Shown here: piece after piece, positions 1-6,854 of the stretch
How positions within the stretch are numbered: position 1 is the first letter of the stretch
How the letters are laid out: each line of letters begins with the position of its first letter
Assembly: GCA_051276005.1 (NCBI GenBank)
Contig: JBNMOZ010000092.1
Location: 1 to 12,901 of the forward strand
Length of the DNA: 12,901 nucleotides
Direction: 5' to 3'
Source of the DNA: Bradymonadia bacterium
GTDB lineage: Bacteria; Myxococcota_A; Bradymonadia; UBA7976; UBA1532
The notes under the pieces: model-generated
The model's input: the letters and a program-made list of their open reading frames with translations, nothing else
The model's database searches: none
Told to the model about the DNA's origin: nothing
Translations under genes and position numbers: made by a program

Positions 1-3000
1 CAGCACGTCGATGAACCGACTCGGCTCACCCGCCACCCGAGCGTTGGCCCGCTCTTGCTCGCCGATCGCGCGCATCGGCCAGCGCTTCACCCGCCGGTTC
101 CACTGCTGCACGGCCTCACGATCGTCGGGCAGCGCCGCGTCGAACGCGATGAGCAGCCGGGCCACCTCGTATGCGGCATCGTCGCGACCCAAGCGCGTGA
201 GCAAGGCCCGCATCGCGCGCAGGTTGAGAGTGTCGAACGGGCGCTGCAACGCCAGCCAACGACGGCTCGCGAGCGCTGAGCGCTGATGATCAGGGTATCG
301 CTCGGCGAGCGCCGCGTGTGCCGCCCGCAAGTCGGCGTCACCGGCGGCCGCCGCGATGGCCTGCTCGAGCACCGCGACGGCGTCGTCGGGGTTGCCCCCC
401 GCGGGCACGAGGCTCTCGCTCAGAATGCGGCGCAGGCGATTGGCAGCCGGGGCCCGGTTCGCGATGCGCTGAATGGCCCCGCCGAGCACCGTGACCAGCT
501 GGTCGGCCGCGCCTTGCTGCACACAGAGCGTCGCGAAGCGCGTGGCCGCGTCTTCGGCGTCGGGCACCACGTCGATGACTTCGGCGAGCAGCGCGGTGGC
601 GCTCTGAAGTCGGCCGGCGTTGACCTCGATGAGCGCGATCTGCTGCTTGAAGCCAGCGCTCTGCGCCGGCTCGGTCGCGCGCTCGACCGCTTTGAGGTAG
701 ACCCGATGGGCCTGATCCGTCGCGCCCAGCGCCAGGTAAATGCGGGCCAGGCGTGGCAACGCGCTGACCTCGTCGGGGTGCTCATCGAGGATGATCTCAA
801 GGCACTCCCCCGCCCTCTCCAGATCGCCCAGCTTCTCCTCGTAGATCGTCGCGAGGCGGTACACCACCGCGCGCCGCAGGTCGGTGTCTTCGGAGACGCC
901 GCAGAGCGTGGCGTACACGTCAGCCGCGGCGCGCCATGCCCCGGTCTCGACCAGCAAATCGCCGAGGCGCTGCAAGATGAGCGGGGACGGCGAGGCATCC
1001 AGGGCGATGGCCCGCGACAGCAACTCGACCGCGCCTTCAAAGTCGTGTAGTCGCCGGGCGCGCACATCGACCGTCTCGATGATCTGCGCCGCGCGCTCCG
1101 CCTCATCGGTGATGGAGAAGGCGCGCTCCTCAAGGGCGTCAGCGAGGACGTCCCACCGCCCATCCCGCTCGCAGCGTCGCTTGACCGCGCTGAGCGCCGC
1201 CTCGTCATCGGGGTTGCGCGCCAACGCCTCCAGGTACACCGCCAGCGCGCCTTCGGCGTCCTCTTCCTCACGCGTGATGCCGGCGCCGACCAACAGCGTT
1301 GCCGCCGTGCGCGGGTCGAGGCTGCGTCGGCTCTCGTCTTCGGCGAGCCGCAGCACGCGCTTGCGATCGCCCAGCTTCTCATAGATTTCTCGCAGCGCGC
1401 GCATGGCCACGACCGCGTCGGGATCGAGCTGCAGCACCGCTTCGTAGCACCCCGCCGCCTCGGACAGCTGGCCGGCCCGCCGCAAGACCTCGGCCGCGTG
1501 GCTGAGCACGGTCTGGCGCTCGTTGGGCGCCTCACACATATCGAGCCGGCGCTGCAACACCATCGCGAGGCGTTCGACGTCGCCGTGCCGCGCCGCATAT
1601 TGCTCAACCCAGACGACCGCCTCGACCCGGTCGGGCGCGCACGCCAACGCGGCCAGATAGTCGGCCAGCGCAGCGTCGTCAGCGTTGAGGTGGTGCGCGA
1701 AGACGCGGGCGCGCCGGCATAAAATATCGGCGCGCGAGGCCGGCGCCTGCACGACCTTGAGCAGCTGCCCATAGATGTCGGCCAGGTCTTGGCTGCGCGC
1801 TTGCTGCATATACAGGCGCTCGAGGGTCAACAACGCGGTGATGTTCTGCGGATCGAGCCGCAGCACAAGCTCGAGCGCATCGACAGCCGTCACGAACGCG
1901 ACCAGATGCATCTCGCTGATGCGGGCGACCTCGAGCCAATGCTCGACCGCTTCGCTGGGCGTGGTCGCGGCCTCGGCGAGCTGCCGGTGGGTCGTCGCGA
2001 GCGCTTCGTAGTCTTCAGCCTCGGTCTGCGTGTCGATCAGGCCCTGCAACGCGCGGCGAAAGTCGGGCTGCTCGACCAGCGCTCGGCGCCAGGCGTCAGC
2101 GGCGATGTCGGGCCGCGCGAGTCGCTCCGCGTTGAGGCGCCCGAGCCGATCCAGCAGCGTCGCGCGGGCATGCGCGTCGGGCACCTGATCCACCTCGGCT
2201 GAGATCATGCGCGCCTCGCCGCGCGCATCGCCGCATTGCGAATAGAGCCGCTGGAGCGCGCGAATCGATGGCAAATGCGTCGCGTCGGTCTTCAGCGCCG
2301 ATTCATACGCGATGATGGCGCCCGCGACGTCTTCAAGCTGATCGCTGCGCAGCTCACCGAGCTTGGACCAAATCGCGACCTGCTCTCGCGGCGACGTCGT
2401 CAGCGCGACTTCGGCCAAGTACAGATCGGCCAGCTCGCTCCACCGCCGCATGCGCCGCGCGATGCGACCCATCGCCTGCAACGCCGGCAGAAAGTGAGGC
2501 TCCAACGCGATCGCGCGCTCGAGATAACTGCGCGCCCGCTCCAATTGACCCAACGCCCGCTCCGCGATCTCGGCGCTGCGCACGAGCAGGTGCAGGCGAC
2601 CGCGGGTGCCGTCCAGCAGCGCGAGCTCTTGCTCGTTCGCATCGAGCAGTGGCTCCCAAAGCCCCAAGCGCGCGCACAGCCGCGCCATGTTGCGGACGGC
2701 GTCGAGGTTCTTGGGATCGAGGCTGATGACACGCCGCCAGGTCGCCAGCGCCCGCTGGGGATCGTCGAGGTTGAGCGCGGCGACCTCGGCGACCCGCGAC
2801 AGCACATACACCGCGCCCTCGACGTCGTCGGCGCGATCTGCCTCGCCCTCAAGCAGGTCGACGTACCCTTCCCAGTCGCCCAGACGAATCAACATGCGCG
2901 CCAGGGCCTTGCCGGCCTGTTTGAAGTCGGGATCATGATCGACCGCGCAGCGGTAGGCGGCCCCCGCGGCCCCGGGATCGTTGCGCTGCAGCTCGTGGAC

Positions 3001-4302
3001 TTCACCAATCTTGAAGTAGCGCGCCGCCCGGGCTTGCGGGTCGGTCATCGCCATGAGCTCGGCCGTGTGCAGCGCCACGACGCCGCCCCAATCGCCGCGT
3101 TCGTCAAGCAGGCGGCCGAGCATACGCACAGCAGGTGCCCAGGTGGGCGCGTCGGCGAGCAGCGCGCGCAATGCCCGCGTCGCGCCATCCTCGTCGCCCA
3201 TCTTCTCCAGGCGAATTTGCGCGAGGTGCCAAAGCAGGTCGACCCGCACTGCGGCGTCGGTCACGATCGTCGCCAGGCGCGCGAGGCCCTCAGCGGCGGC
3301 GAGCCATTGCCCGTTGCGGGTGCGCAGCTCGACCAGCAGCTCGAGGGCCATCGGCGCGCGGGCGTCTGCGAGGATCGCCTCTTCGAGCAGCGCCAACGCC
3401 CCCACGACGTCGTCGAGTTGGTCGGCGCATGTGCGCGCGAGGTCGGTCAGCAGGTGCGCCTTGGCCGGCGGCGGCAGCGTGGCCGCCAACGCCGCTGACA
3501 CTTCGATGTACTCGGGCCAGGCGCCTCGCGCGCGATGAATCCGGCTGAGCAACGCCAGCGCCTCGGCTTGAGCGGGCCGCTCGGCGACCAGGGCGTCCAA
3601 GACCTGCTGGGCGCCAGACAGGTCGTCGCTGGCCAACAGCGTTTGGGCGGCGGCGAGCGTCAGACCGTCTGCCAGCAGCGGCTCCGGCTCATGACGCGCG
3701 GCCTGGGGGAGCGCAGCGCTGGCCACGTCGGGTGCATCGGCGATCGCCGCGAGCTGCGCGACGCCCCGGGCGATGTCGGGATCATCGGGCCGCAACTCAA
3801 GCGCCCGACGCGCCGCCGCCAACGCCTCGGCCGGTCGCCCGAAACGCACCAGCAGGATGTCGGCCTGATGCACGAGCAGCAGGGCTCGGCGCTCGATCGA
3901 TGGGTGCACGCCCCCTTCGACCTCGGCCAGCCGAATGACCATGCCCCACCGGCCCGCCCGCGCGAAGACGCGCTGCCCGGCCTGCAAGGTTGGCAGGTGC
4001 GTTGGATCAGACAGGTAGGCGCGCTGATAGAAGCGAATCGCGTGGCGATCGTCGCCGAGGACTTGCTCGTGGATGTATCCGATTTCGTAGGCCAGCATCG
4101 CGCGGCGTCGCGGATCAAGGCTCGCCTCGATCTCACGCTCATAGGTCGACAGCGTCTCGGCGACCTGGACGCGGCGCTCTGGCGAGAGCGGCGCTTGCTC
4201 CAGGCTGCGCGGCGCGACCGTCGGCACTTCAGCGCGCGCTCGCGCGCCATCAGGGTCGGTCGCGAACCAGCCGTCTACATCATCGGGGGGGTCGGTCGCC
4301 AT
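1..4302 (-). CDS. Giant TPR-repeat protein, N-terminal 1434 codons; gene continues past the left edge of the window
   Basis: Absent from the supplied ORF track because it has no stop codon inside the window. I read every plus-strand frame-1 triplet from 1 to 4302 and none is TTA/CTA/TCA, so the complementary minus-strand frame is open for 1434 codons. ATG at 4302-4300 is the first start after in-frame minus-strand stops at 4387-4389 and 4396-4398, with no other ATG/GTG/TTG between. Translation begins MATDPPDDVDGWFATDPDGARARAEV. It gives clean TPR-like text, e.g. 867->601 VVYRLATIYEEKLGDLERAGECLEIILDEHPDEVSALPRLARIYLALGATDQAHRVYLKAVERA and 1500->1381 HAAEVLRRAGQLSEAAGCYEAVLQLDPDAVVAMRALREIY. 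Third codon positions are overwhelmingly G/C in this frame. The plus ORFs 286..1050, 2236..3498 and 3535..4818 are its codon-aligned antisense shadow. No obvious Shine-Dalgarno. Confidence 0.88.
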   Translation of the reverse strand, partial: MATDPPDDVDGWFATDPDGARARAEVPTVAPRSLEQAPLSPERRVQVAETLSTYEREIEASLDPRRRAMLAYEIGYIHEQVLGDDRHAIRFYQRAYLSDPTHLPTLQAGQRVFARAGRWGMVIRLAEVEGGVHPSIERRALLLVHQADILLVRFGRPAEALAAARRALELRPDDPDIARGVAQLAAIADAPDVASAALPQAARHEPEPLLADGLTLAAAQTLLASDDLSGAQQVLDALVAERPAQAEALALLSRIHRARGAWPEYIEVSAALAATLPPPAKAHLLTDLARTCADQLDDVVGALALLEEAILADARAPMALELLVELRTRNGQWLAAAEGLARLATIVTDAAVRVDLLWHLAQIRLEKMGDEDGATRALRALLADAPTWAPAVRMLGRLLDERGDWGGVVALHTAELMAMTDPQARAARYFKIGEVHELQRNDPGAAGAAYRCAVDHDPDFKQAGKALARMLIRLGDWEGYVDLLEGEADRADDVEGAVYVLSRVAEVAALNLDDPQRALATWRRVISLDPKNLDAVRNMARLCARLGLWEPLLDANEQELALLDGTRGRLHLLVRSAEIAERALGQLERARSYLERAIALEPHFLPALQAMGRIARRMRRWSELADLYLAEVALTTSPREQVAIWSKLGELRSDQLEDVAGAIIAYESALKTDATHLPSIRALQRLYSQCGDARGEARMISAEVDQVPDAHARATLLDRLGRLNAERLARPDIAADAWRRALVEQPDFRRALQGLIDTQTEAEDYEALATTHRQLAEAATTPSEAVEHWLEVARISEMHLVAFVTAVDALELVLRLDPQNITALLTLERLYMQQARSQDLADIYGQLLKVVQAPASRADILCRRARVFAHHLNADDAALADYLAALACAPDRVEAVVWVEQYAARHGDVERLAMVLQRRLDMCEAPNERQTVLSHAAEVLRRAGQLSEAAGCYEAVLQLDPDAVVAMRALREIYEKLGDRKRVLRLAEDESRRSLDPRTAATLLVGAGITREEEDAEGALAVYLEALARNPDDEAALSAVKRRCERDGRWDVLADALEERAFSITDEAERAAQIIETVDVRARRLHDFEGAVELLSRAIALDASPSPLILQRLGDLLVETGAWRAAADVYATLCGVSEDTDLRRAVVYRLATIYEEKLGDLERAGECLEIILDEHPDEVSALPRLARIYLALGATDQAHRVYLKAVERATEPAQSAGFKQQIALIEVNAGRLQSATALLAEVIDVVPDAEDAATRFATLCVQQGAADQLVTVLGGAIQRIANRAPAANRLRRILSESLVPAGGNPDDAVAVLEQAIAAAAGDADLRAAHAALAERYPDHQRSALASRRWLALQRPFDTLNLRAMRALLTRLGRDDAAYEVARLLIAFDAALPDDREAVQQWNRRVKRWPMRAIGEQERANARVAGEPSRFIDVL

Positions 4303-4366
4303 ATCGTCAGAGCGCGCTTGTTGCGCAGATCCGCACTCCTGCCAGTCATTCGTCGGCGTGCCAATT

Positions 4367-4381
4367 TTGGCGGCTCGCCAA
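4367..4381. promoter_or_regulatory. Perfect 6-3-6 inverted repeat TTGGCG-GCT-CGCCAA in the intergenic region upstream of the TPR gene (possible operator or small hairpin)
   Basis: Read directly: ttggcg gct cgccaa at 4367-4381, about 65 nt upstream of the TPR ATG (4302) in the relatively AT-richer 158-bp gap 4303-4460. No binding protein can be assigned. Confidence 0.2.
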
Positions 4382-4418
4382 TGACGCTAATCGTTTCAGG
4401 GGATAGCGTACAGGCGAC

Positions 4419-4454
4419 TTCTAAAACAACCTCAACCCGGCCTCGGCGGCCGAG
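4419..4454 (-). terminator. Candidate intrinsic terminator after the peptidase gene
   Basis: On the minus strand, 6 nt after the TGA (4463-4461): CTCGGCC-GCCGA-GGCCGGG, a 7-bp stem with one G.U pair and a 5-nt loop (plus coordinates 4436-4454). It is followed by TTGAGGTTGTTTTAG, a T-rich but interrupted tail (4421-4435). The imperfect U-tract limits confidence. Confidence 0.4.
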
Positions 4455-4460
4455 CAGGCG

Positions 4461-5396
4461 TCAGACGCCGGGTGGCGGGCGGACGATGATGTCTTCTTCC
4501 AACGGGATCTCGTCGTCATGGGCCATGCGCGCCATCTTCTGGCGTCTCTCGCGCCGCTTGCGACGCCAGGCGCTCACCAGCAAGAAGCCACCAAAGCCCC
4601 ACAGCGCGGTGGTGCCGAAGAGGATCGGTACCCAGCCCCAGCGCGTCTCCAAGTTGCCCCGCCAGTCGCCCTCGATGCTCGCCAGCGACTTGCCGTACGC
4701 CTGGGTGACTGCCGCGTCGAGGGTCGCGCCTTCGCCCACGGACTTGAGCATCGCGCCGAACGCACGCTCATCGCCCTGGCTCATCAAGTGGCCGACGAAG
4801 TTGACCGACTGCGCGTAGGCGATGCCCACCCGCTCGCCCGCCTTGGGAAACCCCCGGGCCAGATCGTCGAGCGGCAGCAGGTTGCCCAGCGTCGCCGCCT
4901 GGGTCAGCAACCACGCGCGCTCAAGCGAGATGCCTTCGGATTGCCGGATCGCGACCCCCTCGTAGAACCAAAGCGGCAGCCGCCCAGGCGGGGCGATGCG
5001 GCCGACCGCGATATGACTGATCTCATGACGAAACGTCTCGTCGAGCTTGTCGGGCCCGCTGCCGACGTGCAGATAGATCTCGCGCGACTGCGGGTACGCC
5101 AACCCATCAGCCCAGCGCGGCGGCGCGCGACCGTGCCGGGCCTCGGCCAGCTCGAGCATGTCGTCTTCATCGCCAAACAGGCTCACCCGCGTGCGGCGAG
5201 CGTCGGCCGTGACCCCCAGCTCCTCGTAGATTCGGTCGTGGTGGGCCTCAGCCTTCTCCATCAGCGCCCGCGCATAGCCGTCCAGCCCACGCGTCCATTC
5301 GAACGCGTAATGCTCGGTGCGGCCCTCGGTGAAGGTGGGCTTGGCACCCGCCGGCGCAAAGAATACGACGAGGATCAGGAGGATGCGGCGCAGCAA
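4461..5396 (-). CDS. Membrane-tethered zinc metalloprotease, Peptidase_MA (gluzincin)-like, exported catalytic domain
   Basis: ORF 4461..5396. TTG start: no ATG is available because an in-frame TAG lies at 5400-5402, and GGAG sits 9 nt upstream. N-terminal signal peptide/anchor MLRRILLILVVFFAPAGA. HExxH motif HEISH (5013-5027), then 18 residues after the second His WFYEGVA (third-ligand Glu, Peptidase_MA_2-like pattern). C-terminal TM helix WVPILFGTTALWGFGGFLLVSAW, then a charged tail RRKRRERRQKMARMAHDDEIPLEEDIIVRPPPGV. Confidence 0.85.
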   Translation of the reverse strand: MLRRILLILVVFFAPAGAKPTFTEGRTEHYAFEWTRGLDGYARALMEKAEAHHDRIYEELGVTADARRTRVSLFGDEDDMLELAEARHGRAPPRWADGLAYPQSREIYLHVGSGPDKLDETFRHEISHIAVGRIAPPGRLPLWFYEGVAIRQSEGISLERAWLLTQAATLGNLLPLDDLARGFPKAGERVGIAYAQSVNFVGHLMSQGDERAFGAMLKSVGEGATLDAAVTQAYGKSLASIEGDWRGNLETRWGWVPILFGTTALWGFGGFLLVSAWRRKRRERRQKMARMAHDDEIPLEEDIIVRPPPGV

Positions 5397-5399
5397 CGG

Positions 5400-6011
5400 C
5401 TACTGCTCCGCCGGCGGGGTGCTGGTGCGCGCGACGCGCTCCTGGCGCCGGCGACCGCTGGTGACAGACACCTCGGCCGCGCGCTCCTGGCGTCGGCGGC
5501 TGCTCGCCTCGGCGGCGCGCTGTGCTTGAACTCGCGCTTCAGACGCGCGCGCCGCCTCACGGTCGAGGTCTTCATGGGTCTCAACCAGCCGCCGATGCGA
5601 CTCCAGGATGCCGCTGAGTTCGCCCAGCAGGCGCGCCTTCTGGCGGCGCAGCACCTGGTACTGCTCGGTCAGCTGCATCACCCGCTCCTGGCTCGAGGCG
5701 ATGATCTTGTCAGCGTGCAGCTCGGCCTCGGCGCGGATCAACTCGGCCTCCTTACGGGCCGACACCTTGATCTCTTCGGTCATGCGACCGGCGGCGACCA
5801 GCGCCTCGCGCAGCTGCGATTCGTTCTGGCGATACTCTTTGAGGCTCTCGTCGCGTCCGCGCAGCTCCTCTTGCAGGTGCGTGTTCTCGCGGATCACATC
5901 CTCGAGCTCGCGCGAGACCTGCCCGAGGAACGTATAGACCTCGTTGGGATCGCACCCGCGCAGCACGAGGCGAAATTGGCGTTGGTCGACATCGAGCGGC
6001 GTGATGCTCAC
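5400..6011 (-). CDS. divIVA: DivIVA-domain cell-division/polarity scaffold protein
   Basis: GTG start at 6011-6009 overlaps the proC stop (GTGA); SD GGAGGA at 6015-6020 (minus strand). N-terminus MSITPLDVDQRQFRLVLRGCDPNEVYTFLGQV matches the DivIVA N-terminal domain pattern (LTPLDI..F....RGY...EV..FL..V). It is followed by a long heptad-rich coiled-coil region and an Arg-rich tail with RRRQER twice. Confidence 0.93.
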   Translation of the reverse strand: MSITPLDVDQRQFRLVLRGCDPNEVYTFLGQVSRELEDVIRENTHLQEELRGRDESLKEYRQNESQLREALVAAGRMTEEIKVSARKEAELIRAEAELHADKIIASSQERVMQLTEQYQVLRRQKARLLGELSGILESHRRLVETHEDLDREAARASEARVQAQRAAEASSRRRQERAAEVSVTSGRRRQERVARTSTPPAEQ

Positions 6012-6844
6012 GCGTCCTCCAGTGCTTTGGCCGGTTGTTCCGCCAGTGCTTTTGATTGGGCAGTGGCCGCCCAGATCGCTTCGATCAGGGCCGAGCGCAT
6101 GCCCCCGGCTTCCAAGGCGCGCAGCCCTTGGATTGTGGTGCCGCCGGGAGATGCCACAGCGTCCTTCAAGGTCGCTGGATGCGCCCCATCCTGAGCGAGC
6201 GCGGCGGCGCCAGCCATCGTATGTGCGGCCAAAACGAGCGCCTTCGCACGCGGCATTCCGGCCGCGACCGCCCCGTCGGCGAGGGCCTCAAGGGCGACGA
6301 ACAAGAACGCCGGCGCGCTGCCAACCAGGGCGGTCCCCACATGAAAGAGGCGCTCGTCATCGAGCACCTCGGCGTGGCCGAGGGCGTCGAACAGCTTGGC
6401 GATCCGCGCGACGTCGGTCGCCTCGCCCGCACCATGCACCAGGGTCGCGCTGGCCCTGAGCCGCGCCGCGATATTGGGCATGACGCGCACCACCCGCGCC
6501 GGCGCGAGCGCCTCGACGAGCGTCGCCCGCTGCACGCCCGCGCAGACCGAGATGACGATTTGGTCGGGCCGGAAGGCCAGCGTATCGGTCGCCACCCGAA
6601 TCAGATGGGGTTTGACGGCAAGCACGACGATGTCGCAGCCCGCGACGACGGCGTCGGCAGAGGCCGCCGTCACGCCAAAGCGCGCCGCGACCGCGTCGCC
6701 GATCTTGGGATCGGCGATCTGCACCTGGCCCGGCGCGATGGCAGCGGCGTCGAGCCACCCACCCAAGAGCGCCTGGCCCAGCGCACCACAGCCGATGAAG
6801 CCCAGGGTCTGGCCCTTCACGGGGGTCTCGTCGTTCGGGTTCAT
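6008..6844 (-). CDS. proC: Pyrroline-5-carboxylate reductase
   Basis: The ORF track gives 6008..6898. I place the start at ATG 6844 (MNPNDETPVKGQTLGFIGCGALGQALL). GAGGTG lies 6 nt upstream, overlapping the upstream gene's stop, and this start avoids a 44-nt overlap. Rossmann GxGxxG (GFIGCGALG) near the N-terminus. P5CR C-terminal signature-like VASPGGTTIQGLRALEAGGMRSALIEA. Confidence 0.92.
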   Translation of the reverse strand: MNPNDETPVKGQTLGFIGCGALGQALLGGWLDAAAIAPGQVQIADPKIGDAVAARFGVTAASADAVVAGCDIVVLAVKPHLIRVATDTLAFRPDQIVISVCAGVQRATLVEALAPARVVRVMPNIAARLRASATLVHGAGEATDVARIAKLFDALGHAEVLDDERLFHVGTALVGSAPAFLFVALEALADGAVAAGMPRAKALVLAAHTMAGAAALAQDGAHPATLKDAVASPGGTTIQGLRALEAGGMRSALIEAIWAATAQSKALAEQPAKALEDA

Positions 6845-6854
6845 CTGTGGCACC

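Noticed and set aside
4339-4363. Sigma-54-like TGGCAC (minus strand, plus coordinates 4358-4363) and TGGCAG (4339-4344) upstream of the TPR gene
   Set aside because: No TTGC/GC element at the required GG-N10-GC spacing for either site, so they are not credible -24/-12 promoters.
286-4818. Long plus-strand ORFs 286..1050 (254 aa), 2236..3498 (420 aa) and 3535..4818 (427 aa), and the minus-strand ORF 420..1772 (450 aa)
   Set aside because: The three plus ORFs are all in frame 1, the codon-aligned antisense of the real minus-strand TPR gene. Their composition (G/V/R/L/D/E/H/Q-rich, from codons starting with G/C) is the classic antisense shadow in GC-rich DNA. ORF 420..1772 is an off-frame reading (R/S/T/C/W/P-rich) with no recognisable motifs.
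5394-5402. The divIVA stop (TAG 5400-5402) and the peptidase TTG start (5394-5396) are in the same reading frame, separated by one codon, suggesting a possible read-through DivIVA-protease fusion
   Set aside because: Same-frame placement has a one-in-three chance. The protease begins with a typical signal peptide and has its own GGAG, which fits independent (re)initiation. Nothing in the sequence indicates programmed read-through.
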